Positions 62,593 through 64,000 of a stretch of DNA of 64,000 nt are shown here, in pieces (within the stretch, counting starts at the first letter, position 1; each line of letters opens with the position of its first letter). Source of the DNA: Squalus acanthias (Eukaryota). The stretch spans positions 67,768,001 through 67,832,000 of the forward strand of contig CM059438.1 of NCBI GenBank assembly GCA_030390025.1, given 5' to 3'. Made by a program: the position numbers and the translations under genes. The notes beneath the pieces were generated by a model that ran no database searches, was not told where the DNA came from, and saw only the letters and a program-made list of their open reading frames with translations.

Positions 62593-64000
62593 ATTTTCTT
62601 TGTTATCTTTCATTTTTTCAGTTCAAAGTAAAGAGGAGGTATATTTGGAGCCCATGTCAAGGTTTCTAAAATGAATCACTGCTTTCCCAGGATGCTGACG
62701 AGATGGTGCCAGTAGAGCAATCCATGAACATCTGCTCAACTTCGTACTATGGCCTTAGTGCAAGCTATAAGTGTAATACCAAAACGAATGATCAAACCTT
62801 CAGCACAGTTTATACTTTTGAAACTGTGGGTACAACACCGAGATTTTTCTGTTGGTTGTTGTTTTTTACTTTTGTTTCCGGCGGCTCAGTCTTGCAATAG
62901 TTCCACTGAACTGATGAGCATTGGTCACTCATGCTCTAAGATAACAAATACACAAACCAAAGTCTTCAACAGGACCAAGCAGTTGAACTTTTTCCTGGTT
63001 CAGTTACACTTCCAGGACTTGGAAATAGCTTGTTTACCAAATCTTAAAGGTACATTCCCCACAAAATCCCACTCAGGAATGCTCAAGAATGTACTGGGCA
63101 AGGGAGATATGAAACCATTACTTGGCGAGCAACTCCTTGAGATGGTAGGGTCTGCAACCCCTGGTAGTTCAGTCGCAGGTGATATATAGACTCTGATGAC
63201 CGCGCAAGGGATACGGGGTAGGTGTATATATGAGGAGGTCTATGAGCTTGTTCAAGCACAGTATGCCATATGGTATTCACCAAGAATGGCTTAGGATCAG
63301 TTTCACAATTGTGAATGAAAGCCATCTCTGGTGCAAACTCCAACCATGTTTGAAATAAACTTTTGTCTAACACAATTCTGTGGAAAAAATAGCATAGCTA
63401 TTTGCCAGAAAAAAGTTCTACATTTGTTCTATGATCCAAAATACACCAAATGAGCATAAAGTCGTTAACACTATTGATAATCAAAAGTTACAACGGGCTT
63501 TCTTAACTCGGAGGGATTTAAAATATGAGGAACTATGAAATTGTTTTCTTAAATGTGAGGGCATTTTTCTGTAATTTAAATGTTTTAGTTTGCCCAAGAA
63601 GTATACTCTATTGGTGTTTGCTATGAATACCTGATCTGTAACATTTCTTTTGGATGACGAAAATTTACCAAGAAATGCTTTTCCTTTCCCCAAACTTCAT
63701 GGATTGAGAAGAGAATGTTAGGCTGTGAGGCGGAAGAAACTAAACAATGGACCGTCAATTATCTAACCCCTTGGGAAGTAAAGAATTTATTCAATTAATC
63801 AACATAGCATAGTTTCCATTTACAATTCAAACCTTGAGGTTTGATAGATGCTTGGATAATTGGAAATTGTCTGTATAATTAAAACCAGCTTTCAAATCTT
63901 GAGCAAAAAATGAGCATTTCAAATAGAATTGTGTGAATTTAACAAAATCCCTAGAGCAAAATGGTTGAAACACGTGTTATTGTTCATTCAATTTGGCATT

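Noticed and set aside
62749..63189. 146-aa plus-strand ORF
   Set aside because: No recognisable motif; this length is expected by chance in 64 kb.

Overview
Eukaryotic, repeat-dominated DNA. The repeat families (SacSINE1/Deu-domain-like SINEs, CR1/HER1-type LINEs with octamer tails, L2, a Penelope hairpin) point to a cartilaginous fish; this is inferred by eye, not searched. I could not support any host protein-coding exon, so the window looks intronic or intergenic. It contains: many CR1 copies, including one near full-length copy (ORF1 zinc finger/zipper/esterase, ORF2 EN-RT, all disrupted); a second poly(A)-tailed CR1-group LINE family; L2 fragments; two SINE families, each sharing its 3' tail with a LINE in the window; a 1.44-kb solo LTR splitting a CR1; and an 8-kb, ~275-unit 29-bp satellite with higher-order duplications. 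It also holds an unusually rich set of PIF/Harbinger-type DNA transposons: three gene-bearing elements and about 11 MITEs. The most interesting observations are: (i) two diverged Harbinger elements that keep the Myb/SANT gene but share the same transposase N-term/C-term fusion junction, suggesting a 'Myb-only' lineage; (ii) a subterminal hairpin conserved in structure but not sequence across MITE subfamilies; (iii) a CR1 with a doubled 3' end whose inner copy looks A-to-G hyper-edited. Boundaries without a stated TIR/TSD are approximate.
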